From a virus, in the IMG/VR virus record IMGVR_UViG_3300009103_002144, positions 32,001 to 96,000 of that record: DNA of 64,000 nucleotides, one strand, 5' to 3'. Below are positions 10,401 to 19,514 of this stretch, piece after piece; position 1 is the first letter of the stretch; every line of letters starts with the position of its first letter. The notes beneath the pieces were generated by a model that had not been told where the DNA came from, made no database searches, and was given only the letters and a program-made list of their open reading frames with translations. The translations under genes were made by a program, and so were the position numbers.

Positions 10401-12262
10401 CTAGCATCTTTCCAAAAACTGTTGTATGCTGGACTGGCTGTCGAGGGACCATTTTCTCCCCATAACTGATCCGCAGCCCTAATGTTGGAACCCGACACTC
10501 CGGGCATAAACTTTCTGTCCCACCGCTTTTCGGCCACGTTGTAGTATGCCATTGATGCAATTCTACCCTGCAAAGCGTCAACACCCATCACAGCATCTTC
10601 AATAGTCGGTATTGGAATCTCGATTGTTATTGCATCACCAAGCCGCTGATCTAGTCCTGGATAGACATCTGGACGAACCGCAATTTCATCAATAACGCTA
10701 GAGTCAGCTGATGCTTGAGCATCATTAAACGGAGATATCGCACCGCCCAACGCATCCAAGACAGTATTCGCCATGGTGTTGGATGGAAAAGTTCCTGAAG
10801 CGATTTGTACCTTATTTAATAATAGCGTCTCTTTGTGCGCAGCATGAGGTACTACCGTACCAGTCGCGAGGAGTCTAAACTCGAATGGTGTATCGTGAAT
10901 ATCTCTAAACTGGCCATCTTTTAGCGGTATCCGGTTCGCGGCGCGGTACTGCCCATCCAGACTCGCTGAATATGGAAAATACGAAGCATTATAGAATATC
11001 CCGCCCGAACCAGAATATAGCCGAGCTGGAAGCATCTCAGGATAGACCATTAGTTCCTGTAACGTTCCTGAAATAAAGGACCCGAAGTTTAGCTCATTCT
11101 CAGAATTATACGGCGATATCGAAACTTCTTTCTCTGGCATTATGAAGGGTGATGCCGGGTATGAATCCATCGTATCAAAAATCTGCTGGACTCTCTTGAC
11201 CGGGCGACTATCAATTCCTGATTTATATTGTCTCTCGGCGAGGTGCGCTTTTGCTATAGCATCCATATCGTCCGGAGACAACACTCCTCTCCAGGCAGCA
11301 AATTCTGCGACATGAACCCCCTCTATAAAATCCGAAGCCCTATAATCGGCATTAACACCGCCGGTGGACTCTCCATAACCCATATAAACTCGAGGAACAC
11401 CCACCAAAGTCTTTAATGCGTAACCGCTGGAATCGTGGCTATGAGCGGAGTGGAGCAAATGACCCGAAACCATATCATAAACGCGGAGCTCATAGTCAAA
11501 CGAAGTGCCCACAACATTTTGGATACCAATAAAGACTGTACACCACTGTCCGTGCTTGATCTTGCTCGGACTTGGAAGGCCCTGGCTCTTATATCCAGAT
11601 ACTCCCCGAACATACACATTAAAGTCAACATCCCCATCAGAACCATCGGCGGTTAGCGTTAACGCAGCATTGGGTCCGGTAGCGTCTGTAATCTGCCAGA
11701 CTGATTTCTTGACCACAGTCGTACCAGCTACGTTGGGTTCGACCATGATCCTGAACATGAATGTAGACTCTGAAGCGATCTTAGTCTCGTTCGGCAACTT
11801 CACATCACAAAATGCAGAGGCATCTTTTAGCCCTACAAAAGTCCACCCTGGTTGATACATAAGTCCGAAAGAAACTGCTCGCTGTGTATATTCAGCGATC
11901 ATCTTTGTAGTGGAACCCGCAAAATTTGTATGCGAAAGAACAGTTCCTTGAAACGATCCGCTCTTATAAAGCTCTCTATTTGTCAATTCCCCAACGCCAT
12001 CTATACTTTTGTGGTCGTCGTCTGGAATTCCTCGTTGAAAACTCCACACATGTGCTGTATTCACCCCATCTATAAAGTGAGTAAGACTGTCTCTGGACTG
12101 GAATTTGTTGAATCTAACATTTGAAACAATTTTGGGAGGAATAGTCGGGGTTTGGCCAGCTGCATTCGAGCCGGACATAGAAAGCTTTAAAACCCCCTTC
12201 CCAGGAGCTCCTGTGACATCACCTGCTAAATCAGGTACAAATATTTTTCCTACATTCTTCAT
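4415..12262 (-). CDS. Very large virion structural protein (2615 aa); N-terminal LamG/concanavalin-A-like segment
   Basis: Long ORF coupled to the baseplate operon. KIKHGQWCTVFI...GVHVAEFAAWRGVLSPDDMDAIA resembles a LamG-like domain end. The rest is Gly/Pro/Trp/Tyr-rich with no enzyme motifs recognised. Confidence 0.7.
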   Translation of the reverse strand: MKNVGKIFVPDLAGDVTGAPGKGVLKLSMSGSNAAGQTPTIPPKIVSNVRFNKFQSRDSLTHFIDGVNTAHVWSFQRGIPDDDHKSIDGVGELTNRELYKSGSFQGTVLSHTNFAGSTTKMIAEYTQRAVSFGLMYQPGWTFVGLKDASAFCDVKLPNETKIASESTFMFRIMVEPNVAGTTVVKKSVWQITDATGPNAALTLTADGSDGDVDFNVYVRGVSGYKSQGLPSPSKIKHGQWCTVFIGIQNVVGTSFDYELRVYDMVSGHLLHSAHSHDSSGYALKTLVGVPRVYMGYGESTGGVNADYRASDFIEGVHVAEFAAWRGVLSPDDMDAIAKAHLAERQYKSGIDSRPVKRVQQIFDTMDSYPASPFIMPEKEVSISPYNSENELNFGSFISGTLQELMVYPEMLPARLYSGSGGIFYNASYFPYSASLDGQYRAANRIPLKDGQFRDIHDTPFEFRLLATGTVVPHAAHKETLLLNKVQIASGTFPSNTMANTVLDALGGAISPFNDAQASADSSVIDEIAVRPDVYPGLDQRLGDAITIEIPIPTIEDAVMGVDALQGRIASMAYYNVAEKRWDRKFMPGVSGSNIRAADQLWGENGPSTASPAYNSFWKDARSFLLNSCSIGFAGTSGFSIFSDEGANALMDLSTRGRPTSMYGFPHTDQYVAESTQTINIADYINEPFLLEKISVEFDAEVEEAGPGSIATHIKTPGRWKQATQWYKFKFGANHGVTKTKAGVPGASMFYRSYESFELGNSTSINWPAPDPPGWYNVVTPNVLQISNQWPRYGAAQETLGLADSAQFGFTPLAQLTAQAHMSPFPTFVGGSTRPAYAEFFDVYENEAPDVAKAGSSASNFYKEFIWNEAQVNKGLVGSTTYGHGFPISIDRLFAIQDTSNDPGTYSGIGHQQWRGWYNESNAHTAAIGNPDFLASVTGYHSSRPTLTQYYNIPAGVFLPQIERAPQPAYGPANKGRRDGVVTGGAVKLLFGGISGLVTGSYTPHPGHAQNYYSSGSDPRVTDHFQRWNKKNFESRNYVSFIDSFAITSGGIMTRTAGIRNDGTPFTTKYPDDYMPKATGGAPFWRCDTFFLLHQKKGKNRFVGGEFDIITAPEKNSFERLQGETKSTVVGNYNHLNGGTSALTGLPGRYLPQQSHQSAVLAAAAADGLGGGWVGGNAASFTPIMGRRSRIRIEETLNEFTSSARTTNRELITYAQMTHYGYAAAEAVIPGEIIPPENYYVSPSLAEGSQPVSHVATNAPSGIDINGHLLPVSRSFYSQAIKLGATNVGWAQVGSTQLDAYYKIVGPGARSAWGSQTLLYNSTNGSSTPESQYYTTSSDQAKTQYGSTNFPTPGPTLEYGISGMWSSRGTNMPGTLSNPLYLDPGAGSGNGLFWRFSEYDAVGDAGVSSDAYITPYKTGKPFMRQFRWEQWFENPVYCGFADRVVDTSTNLMTNGGGGRWQGFPMPLIGNSQTNAGKTGGNDVKYMKGVPPASVPISLPNVQSDGEVQSGSWCGGKLNYMQIDWRYQCGTHYNSAMDSAPIGLVSGPRYRKGETNGDWTTLAVQGRPSTMLTYPWYAVGGHSPTGSDYIGSMVSSASQPWHGTAITRSGFSLISSPTTPVPSGTHPDLAIFGSFHNPGRNWARGGIGGWCDINVPAYRRTDRYITSSAPVKLSNWLDAGLSRDLDIEVTWKMKHSRTDVNGGEAGFTILTASTVFPPGDLAGRFNGDHKLRATFKERRLLNAGKFRIVSDIKSQPISAGDSSALFVHTAPAKRQYLVGTGAMAGAADYEVNHTTREHGENSRFANDRIWWRAYAIEGGYIGDTQASEWQHLVGNPPQLTSGRRYVAAMAANRPITTYQISGTRREMLESNVPQWAPGPGLFRAGYSANANWNNPFGMVEAEGVLAGRVNQVGVGSYNQEQQQKELGLSPVEWSRAYAPITSASLYLDKPKTSLYLLMPGDEIVLGFQPSLQGGNRGNNTIPMNPNVNPYGPWRDGVYDRQGIPTGSAYNPEWNYALDSARSEKVDSRGQGGYHLRRGPNKVITRNAKKVSINNANMETVYEPRSSFTLKKSRNAKLVLYGTLLRNKKHLPPDSTVPPQRTNVVHQAIMGAPVTDQFQIEPTYAYTGSYIAHHITGNIQYTQRNRYDMALPQFTEGINLLIRSPFSRLSPSYVPLGGPYSVYGEYTRRVYRPNARDNQKTWFGLGLPDADGIAGDAGTTPYWPKAPSTSISMGISGSIQRFVRLSDDSEYYYDSFPPNPSRMWDIDLLMSGGVSGPQISGPSPEAFDSAQTDKTLSFNLGTTSWVYTWSTPWNGGTEATPNEELDERPMWPNPYYLPSFPFEERYSTLKRAIVTTEGLNTSGSRASVFVPKDNYQNALAWKSALAKLSNSGRTFPTGSQALVTSIRIADGVNDRMFEAISWAKPKGNTQAWSGAKKVDNPAGQLNIVMASIFGFWKTEWGDRPLPTVGRLFPNTDTTQIGFTNWAPKAQLDHPSGWKYGLINFRKQSTSAVFRYDRFGQFRDMLEQRQYSRFYDTGDEHTPAGLQEPAVSCIFVDGDGLPLSDPRETSCLNVSSEMTSSVPYKEGETSRTFLFSRQTVTISPLVQSFTASPFLSSLG

Positions 12263-14275
12263 CTACCAATCACCGTATACAATTGAACCAGCTTTCTTGT
12301 CAAAGTAAAATCCATGAGTAGCTGTTTTCTGCTCAGGATTCGTTAGCGCGCCACAAGACGAGCTATTAAGAAGTTTTAGAGCGTTTACCGTACTTCCCGG
12401 TCGTTCCACTCGACCATCCCGTAATGCCCCATAAATCTTGGCACTATAAATATTCTTGACTTCCGTGGCGGAGAGAGCTTTATCCCACAACGCAGCGTCT
12501 GCTAGATAGCAGGGTTTACTGTTGGCACCCAACACACCATCCCAGTTCGCTCCGGTATCGTTGAAGTAGCCACCAATTGTCGCGCGCTGTGCGAACGAGG
12601 TTTCGATACCGCCGACCTCCGTGTTTGGGACATTGGGAATCTCTATACACGGAGTTAGGTTTGATTGGGCGCCGGCTACCAAAGTCCCATCATAATAAAT
12701 TGACCAAGGATCATTCGACCCATCACACTTTGTCGCGTCGAAGACGGCAACAAAGTGGTGGAAGGTATTTTTCGAAATAGTGCCAGCAATGCTAGTGTAT
12801 AAATTATCGGTATCGGAACCCACAGACCCCTTCCGGATTGCCTTTATATAGTCATTTCCACCACTCGCCTCAATCCAAAAATTGATGAATGGTACGAAAT
12901 CACCGCTGGGACCGCCGAAGACATTAAAGAGGGTACCCATCTCCCCCGCGCTAGGATTATTCACATTAGCACCAGCGTTACCAATCTGGACCCAGCAAGC
13001 ATATGTAAATGACTTTGCCGTGCCAGCAGTAAAGTTACCACCAATGAGATCGTTCAATGATCCCGACGTTAAACCGAATATATCCAGCTGACAAGATCCA
13101 TCAAATAGAGCAGAGCCCTTCTGGATAAACGCACTTGGTGCGTTGGTATTGGGTTCCATAGCGTTCATGCCAAGAAATGTACTACGTGCAAGTGACGAGC
13201 TCAACACACTTGAATTGGGGATCTCATACCAGGAGGCAAAGACACCCCCATATCCACCAGTGCCGATCGGCGGGGAGCCGGGCCATGCTGACTTATCTCG
13301 ATAGGCGCCGGTCGCACTCTTTGCTATATCGTCTAGAGTAAACCGCCACCAACCTATCAAGTCATCTCCACTCGTATAGTATTGACCTGGAATTGATTGC
13401 CATCTAGCATTGAGATCATACTGCACGAGCGGGGATGGCGTATTTGGCTGCTGGGCGTAAATTTTTGAATATATAATTTCGTGAACGTCTGTCGAGATAT
13501 AGGGGCTGATATCTTCTCGTACGAGACCCTGATATCCCTGTAAAGGCTGAGCTGAATATGGGTCGGTCCAGGATGCGGATACAGCCGTAAAAGACATTCT
13601 TGAAGCAACGGGAATATCTCTTGCATGAAATGCCGCCATCTGACTTGGTCCATCAAAAAAAGGAGTCAAAGGGGGCGCAGACTGATACCAGGTGTCTGTT
13701 ATCTCAGTACTCCCAAATGATGTCTCTGAAAATGATCCTACAACGGCCCCACGAGGTCCACGACCTTCATGCTTTAAGTCAATATAGCCTAAAATTTCTC
13801 GTCTTATGTCAAATACTTCTATCACTCCATCAAATTCATGATCAGGAAGAATTCCCGCATTCCATAAGTTGGCTGGCCACATGGTGTGGCCTGGATCTTG
13901 AAGATACGATACAGGATCAAAACCGCTGATATCTGCAAATGGTTCGCCCCGTTGAGTTGTTGGGGCCTGTCCAAAGGTCATTCTCTCAAGATCGAATCCA
14001 ATTCTTGTAGAGATTACAGAGCCACTAACTCCCCGCATATCAGCTGTATCATTATTTATGACTAATGAATCATCAAACTCATTTTCAGAAAGTGGTGAGG
14101 AGCCCTTATACAGCTTTGTTCGTGCCCCCGAGCCGATACGAGGTAAAAGACTTCCGAAATAGGCAGCATCTGTATTTGCATAAATTCCCTGATAAGAGTA
14201 TATAATGGACCCAGAAGGTGAGGCTGTTGAGCCCCTCGTCCGGCTACCGCTCAAAACTCTTTGTGTCGTTCCCAT
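12263..14275 (-). CDS. Virion protein with LamG (concanavalin-A-like lectin/glucanase) domain
   Basis: LIGWWRF...FTYACWVQ...FHHFVAVFD...IYYDGTLV...LADAALWDKALSATEVKNIY matches the Laminin_G_3 pattern. Confidence 0.8.
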   Translation of the reverse strand: MGTTQRVLSGSRTRGSTASPSGSIIYSYQGIYANTDAAYFGSLLPRIGSGARTKLYKGSSPLSENEFDDSLVINNDTADMRGVSGSVISTRIGFDLERMTFGQAPTTQRGEPFADISGFDPVSYLQDPGHTMWPANLWNAGILPDHEFDGVIEVFDIRREILGYIDLKHEGRGPRGAVVGSFSETSFGSTEITDTWYQSAPPLTPFFDGPSQMAAFHARDIPVASRMSFTAVSASWTDPYSAQPLQGYQGLVREDISPYISTDVHEIIYSKIYAQQPNTPSPLVQYDLNARWQSIPGQYYTSGDDLIGWWRFTLDDIAKSATGAYRDKSAWPGSPPIGTGGYGGVFASWYEIPNSSVLSSSLARSTFLGMNAMEPNTNAPSAFIQKGSALFDGSCQLDIFGLTSGSLNDLIGGNFTAGTAKSFTYACWVQIGNAGANVNNPSAGEMGTLFNVFGGPSGDFVPFINFWIEASGGNDYIKAIRKGSVGSDTDNLYTSIAGTISKNTFHHFVAVFDATKCDGSNDPWSIYYDGTLVAGAQSNLTPCIEIPNVPNTEVGGIETSFAQRATIGGYFNDTGANWDGVLGANSKPCYLADAALWDKALSATEVKNIYSAKIYGALRDGRVERPGSTVNALKLLNSSSCGALTNPEQKTATHGFYFDKKAGSIVYGDW

Positions 14276-17200
14276 TATATCTTCCTAACCTGCGCTATCA
14301 ATTGTCTCAAAAGAATTATTCCTTTTAGATTTCTTCTTGTGCTTTCACCAAGATAAACATCACCATATTGATGAGCAACCTTTGCACGCTCAAGTGCGTG
14401 GCTCTCCAGGATGAAATTAAATCCAAGGTAATTCGTTTTTCGAGGTATTAGATTCTCAATCATAACATCGAACGAATCATCTAGCCAGCGGAAAAAATCA
14501 AAGAAGTTCTTATAGTTTACTGTATCTGTAAGTCTATTGAAATAAACTTTCCGAAGATCAGCAAGCCCAGGGTATTCTTCTGCAAACATTAGTTCTGGAG
14601 CACCGAGAATATTATCTAATGAATCAAGGGTCGCAAAAATCTGCATTATATCTTCATTCAGTGCTTGCATAACAGAGAACTCTATAGCAAATCGGGCATC
14701 GTCTTTTGGCTCATAAGCTCGAGGCATTTCATATATTGGTGCCGGTCGGCCTCCTATCTCAAAAAGATTCTTACCCTCTGTAAATCCTGCGATTCTTACC
14801 TTGTTCTCTTGTGTAAGTTCATCGTAATATGCAGATAGAGCACTAAAATCAAACCTTTCAGGAACCAGCACTCCCTTTGATACTTCAAACCCTCTTAATA
14901 TTGCGCCATACTCTGATGCTGTTACGAACAAAGACCCACCAGCCATACCTGCCTCAACTGTCATTCCGCCAATATAGGGAACTGCGGATCTGTTCAATTT
15001 AGACTGTTGCGAGAAATCTATTAATTGTAGCGTACCATTAGATAAAGACTCTGTTACAGGTTGATCGCAAGAAATGTTAAGTCGTAACCTATTGAAAGAC
15101 CCTGTCGCACTCTGTGCAAACGAAAAATTCTTTAGTGGGTCTTCAACGCCCACGGACTTGAAATTTCGGACGTGCTCTTTGACTTCATCCTTCGTTAATG
15201 CTTTCGAGAAAAACCTTAGATGACTAACCTTACCAGAAAAGTTAGTTGTTCGAGGAGCAGATGCTGATACTTCTGTGTGGTTATTTAAGAAACCAATTGA
15301 CGAATCTATCCCCAGAGATTGAGAACCAATCGTTATAAATGAGCCGGACGTATTCTCAGTTGTGATTCTTTGAAATAAGTTTTTATTGGGGTCATCGGCC
15401 TCGGCCCACATAGAAGAAGTGGTATAAAATTCTCTAATTGTTCCGTTCTCTTGTCTAGCAACATTCAAGAAATAGCTAGAAGATACTGCATTACCAATTT
15501 CATCACACCGCTTTCGGCCGGCTGACACATACCACTTGTCACCCGAAAATACGTTTACTCCGCTTAGAGTAAGTTCGATCAATGGAGCAGCTTGTTCATC
15601 ACCCGCTTTCCAGCCCGGGCGAGCAAATAACTTTATATTATAGTCTGACGGATTCGCAACCACGTTAAGCAAAAGAGGTTGTTCTGATGCTGCGGCTGTC
15701 CCTTCTGTTCTAGAGCCTGCGCCAGTTGTGTGGAGCCTGAATAAGCTCTGTGATTTTCTCCATTCTATTGTTGGGACAAACTTAAATCTGCCCTCTACAG
15801 TCCAGCTACCGGAAGTTAATAAGCCGTCATTCTTACCATCTGATATACCCCAGGGGAAGTAAGGTTTTATAGCATGACCCTCAATCCATACTTGTGTATT
15901 TTCGTCCACGAAGGTTGAGCTAGCTGATAATGGTGGCCACCCAAACTCGACCCTAGAAGAAGAGAGATACGTAGATATGAGATTTGAGCGATTACCATAA
16001 AACCCTTGTGCTTGAAGACTCCCAATTTTTCCAGCCAAACTACCAGAGAAATTAGCCATGCTCGAAATCTCAGTTATATTTTGTCTTGAGCTGCCAAGAC
16101 GAAACTCTGGTGATCCACCATATTCAATAAATCGAAACATTCTGTTGGGATCTATACCTGATGCTCTAAACAGTGACTTGATGGCATGTGTTGTTCCTTT
16201 TGACGAAAATATATCTCTTAAATTAATCAACACCCTTCGCCACATTTCATTTTGAACATTCAAAAGATTTCCAACGGGATTATCTCCGGCAACATCTTCT
16301 CCTTCAAAAAGTTGGCTATGTGTAGCATTTCTGTACATGTTCGGAAGCTTAAATCCGTAATAATCCGCCAAGAATGGTAAGAATTGGTCTGCTATAGATT
16401 CATGACGATCATAATCAATGTGAACAAGATTACTAACATGATCCAGCATCTGCTTTAGCTCATCGAACTCTCTAGCCCACATAAACAACATTGATGAAAT
16501 AATCTGGGGTTGACCCATACGAGCACCACCAGGAGCAGAGTTGCTAGCTGGCTGATCAGCTGCTCCCTGAATTCCCTCAAGAAGTGTTCCACTCGCGTCA
16601 CCACCTACGCTATAATCAGACTGTGCTGCCATTTCCATATAGTGCGCAGGAACCAATTTCGTAATCGTGTTCGGATTATTCGCATCATATTGTGATGCGC
16701 TCATCAGAAGACCTTCATTCATCGTAATAACTGACGGATATGATGGAAATAACACCGGACTTATTACGGCGTTTTCGAACCTCTGGATTGAAGGATAAAA
16801 CTTTTCAGACCGAACGTAAGTTTCGTAATTTGTGATTCTAGAGTGGAGCGAATTTCCGCTGTGGTCTAAGACAACATCTTTATTGGTATAAGATCCTGTC
16901 GGTTCATTAAAGCGCATATTCAATAAAAGAGAATCATCATCAGCAAAAACGATTCGAGGGTTATTATATTTTAGCTGCCTTCTGGTCCTGCACTTATCCC
17001 ACACACGGAACTTATTCAAAGATCCGCTCAAAGTCTTATCAGGTGTGAAGATAACTTGCTCATTTTCAGTAGTGATCTGTGATCCTGTACCGATAAGCAA
17101 AGAATTTCCCTGTGTATTTATCATCCCAAAATTAAATCGAGGGGATTGAGCAACTACTTTACTACCGCTTGTTATCTCTAATCTTTGGATGTCAGAGTTA

Positions 17201-17952
17201 CGATTATACCCAAAAGAAAGATTGTAGAACTTCCCTTTTTCAATCTCATACTCCGCTGTTTGATAATTACTGCCGCTCACCACAGCAAACCCAATACTGG
17301 CCTCTTGTATAGACGTCGACTCCATGAGGTAAGCGCCGTATCCTACACCAGCATCGGAAAAATGATGAAAAATGAATTGGTTATCATTCACCTGGGTAGG
17401 GAGTGCAAGATCAAGTTCAACGAATATACTGCTATTTCTTGGGTTCAGAACAGTCAAGCCGGAATTATTCTTTGATAGTGATGGAAAAAGAACACCTGCT
17501 TTATCTATAACTTCGATATACGGACCTGGCCCAGAACCTACTGTTGCATTACTACCGCTAAAGGACAGATACCCTCTATAGCTTGGATATCTATCCACGA
17601 TATGCTTTTCCCAGCCCGTTAACTGGTCAAGCCAATCGTTATACTCTTTCTTTGTACCATCAAAAGGAAATCGATTGATGATCTTTTCAAACAAGATATT
17701 AACATTTGCTTCAGCAGAGCAAAAGAAGGTGTGGTTTTCCCACTTTGACCAATCTGTTGGTAATTGCTGCGTTGACTTAAGTGGCGAACCGGGAGGGTCA
17801 TAACGAAATGAACCAGTTGGAGACATTGGTTCCTGTGAGCCAGACAACGAATCTTGTGTCTGACCTCTTAAAACACCGGAAGAATTTGTGTATCTTCGAA
17901 TAACATTAGGTGTAAATAATCTTTGACCTTCGAAGACTCTCTTTTTAGCCAT
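14275..17952 (-). CDS. Baseplate wedge protein (T4 gp7 / P2 gpI-like core) with two LamG-like domains
   Basis: FLPFLADYYGFKL...SKGTTHAIKSLFRASGI is a gpI/gp7-like core. LSGSLNKFRVWDKCRT and FSGKVSHLRFFSKALTKDEVKEH are LamG-like ends. Lies downstream of the gp6-like gene. Confidence 0.7.
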   Translation of the reverse strand: MAKKRVFEGQRLFTPNVIRRYTNSSGVLRGQTQDSLSGSQEPMSPTGSFRYDPPGSPLKSTQQLPTDWSKWENHTFFCSAEANVNILFEKIINRFPFDGTKKEYNDWLDQLTGWEKHIVDRYPSYRGYLSFSGSNATVGSGPGPYIEVIDKAGVLFPSLSKNNSGLTVLNPRNSSIFVELDLALPTQVNDNQFIFHHFSDAGVGYGAYLMESTSIQEASIGFAVVSGSNYQTAEYEIEKGKFYNLSFGYNRNSDIQRLEITSGSKVVAQSPRFNFGMINTQGNSLLIGTGSQITTENEQVIFTPDKTLSGSLNKFRVWDKCRTRRQLKYNNPRIVFADDDSLLLNMRFNEPTGSYTNKDVVLDHSGNSLHSRITNYETYVRSEKFYPSIQRFENAVISPVLFPSYPSVITMNEGLLMSASQYDANNPNTITKLVPAHYMEMAAQSDYSVGGDASGTLLEGIQGAADQPASNSAPGGARMGQPQIISSMLFMWAREFDELKQMLDHVSNLVHIDYDRHESIADQFLPFLADYYGFKLPNMYRNATHSQLFEGEDVAGDNPVGNLLNVQNEMWRRVLINLRDIFSSKGTTHAIKSLFRASGIDPNRMFRFIEYGGSPEFRLGSSRQNITEISSMANFSGSLAGKIGSLQAQGFYGNRSNLISTYLSSSRVEFGWPPLSASSTFVDENTQVWIEGHAIKPYFPWGISDGKNDGLLTSGSWTVEGRFKFVPTIEWRKSQSLFRLHTTGAGSRTEGTAAASEQPLLLNVVANPSDYNIKLFARPGWKAGDEQAAPLIELTLSGVNVFSGDKWYVSAGRKRCDEIGNAVSSSYFLNVARQENGTIREFYTTSSMWAEADDPNKNLFQRITTENTSGSFITIGSQSLGIDSSIGFLNNHTEVSASAPRTTNFSGKVSHLRFFSKALTKDEVKEHVRNFKSVGVEDPLKNFSFAQSATGSFNRLRLNISCDQPVTESLSNGTLQLIDFSQQSKLNRSAVPYIGGMTVEAGMAGGSLFVTASEYGAILRGFEVSKGVLVPERFDFSALSAYYDELTQENKVRIAGFTEGKNLFEIGGRPAPIYEMPRAYEPKDDARFAIEFSVMQALNEDIMQIFATLDSLDNILGAPELMFAEEYPGLADLRKVYFNRLTDTVNYKNFFDFFRWLDDSFDVMIENLIPRKTNYLGFNFILESHALERAKVAHQYGDVYLGESTRRNLKGIILLRQLIAQVRKI

Positions 17953-19508
17953 TACGAAACAACCCTAAAATTAATTTCTGGTACCTTCACAAGCCTCTCG
18001 AGGCCTCTATCGACGAGCAATAGGTCAACGGTCAGCTGCCTATTTGCGGGAAGGCCAGAGGTCCTAAATTGCATATACATACCTGAACCATCTGTCGATA
18101 CGCGGGTGCTCTGGTATGTCTTATCAAAATCAATGATAACAGTACCGGTCTGTACATCTTTTATCCTATAATACGCTTCATCTATGATAATCGTTTCTAG
18201 CTTTCGAGGAAGCTTATAAGCTTTTTTATTCGAATCAGCGTCCAAATCTTCTACGAAAAACCTAATCGTTGCCTCAACATTCTGTTCATATTCAGGCTGC
18301 GCTCCCACAGGAGTAAAGAGAAGTCTTCTATTTGAAAATCCGCCGACAACGCGCTCTGGTTTTTTGACAGTAATCGAGCCAGTATAAAATCCTACGGTCT
18401 TATCCATAGAAGACCAGATCTCTTGTAATTTTAGCTCGTTATTATGCTTAAGTGTTTGAAAGAAATTCGAATCGAATTGTGATAAGTTGAATGTGCCAGA
18501 ATATACTCCCGTCATTCCCTGACCTGTCGTACTACCGGTATGCTGAGAAGCTGTAACATAGATATTCGCCTCTCTAGCAGTATCGCCTGAAGACGAAACA
18601 AATCTTAAAAGAATACAATCCTGACCCTGAAGCTTTGTTAGCGATGACCCACTAACCAGCGCCGCTGGACGACCAGCTGTGAGGTTTCGTAAGAATAAGC
18701 TTGACGATACGTTAAAAAGAAGACCTTTGTGTTTATCCTGAATACTATCGTCCCAAGTAAACACAAGTCGAGGTGTTATCAGCGGATCTCTTGCATGACG
18801 GGAAGCAAATCGTTTTACGAACCGAGTTTTTCTATCACTTTCATAAGTACCACTGTACGTTATTCGAAATCCATGATTTTGTACGATATTTGCTATTGAT
18901 GCAGAAACAACTTTCGTAACATTAAGAGATAATTTTCCGGGACCCTCCCTAAAATACTGGGTTGAACCAAAATCAATCGTCTCGCTACCTATTGCACCGC
19001 TGATCATATAATCTATATCTTCATCCCCCATAAAGCCTCGAGCACCTGACCCAGAAGTGTTCCATAACATTACTGATGTGGGAGAATAAGAAGCGGTGAT
19101 AAAGTTCGCGGCGTCGATATCACTAAACTGTGCTACATTTCTACCAGAGCCCTCGCTCCAAGATCTAGAAAGTGGAAACGCTACAATCTTAAAGTCCTCT
19201 GGGACTGGGGCACCGAGAACCGCTTCGAATAATTCAAGCTTTACCTGAAATGATGGATGATTGATATCAAGAGAAGAAGATGTAAGATCAGATACTTCGT
19301 TATAATCAAATTTTATCAGGATCCGAGAAAGCTCATCAACAGAAGAAGTTATTCTGGTGGATGCTGAAATATATGATGACTCATCCCACAGCTTAAATAA
19401 ATCAAGTGTACCAGCTCTACCAACGTTGGCGTCAGTGGCCTTGAACTTGTTGTCTATTACCTTATTTGTAATGTACGTGTCTGCGCTAGCTGTCAGGATA
19501 TAAAACAT
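17952..19508 (-). CDS. Virion structural protein with DNRLRE/CBM96-like beta-sandwich domain
   Basis: ASADTYI...SRILIKFD...LSRSWSEGSG...LNVTKVV...NHGFRI...FASRH...PRLVFTWDD follows the DNRLRE-domain pattern. Located inside the baseplate operon. Confidence 0.6.
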   Translation of the reverse strand: MFYILTASADTYITNKVIDNKFKATDANVGRAGTLDLFKLWDESSYISASTRITSSVDELSRILIKFDYNEVSDLTSSSLDINHPSFQVKLELFEAVLGAPVPEDFKIVAFPLSRSWSEGSGRNVAQFSDIDAANFITASYSPTSVMLWNTSGSGARGFMGDEDIDYMISGAIGSETIDFGSTQYFREGPGKLSLNVTKVVSASIANIVQNHGFRITYSGTYESDRKTRFVKRFASRHARDPLITPRLVFTWDDSIQDKHKGLLFNVSSSLFLRNLTAGRPAALVSGSSLTKLQGQDCILLRFVSSSGDTAREANIYVTASQHTGSTTGQGMTGVYSGTFNLSQFDSNFFQTLKHNNELKLQEIWSSMDKTVGFYTGSITVKKPERVVGGFSNRRLLFTPVGAQPEYEQNVEATIRFFVEDLDADSNKKAYKLPRKLETIIIDEAYYRIKDVQTGTVIIDFDKTYQSTRVSTDGSGMYMQFRTSGLPANRQLTVDLLLVDRGLERLVKVPEINFRVVS

Positions 19509-19514
19509 TTTTTA

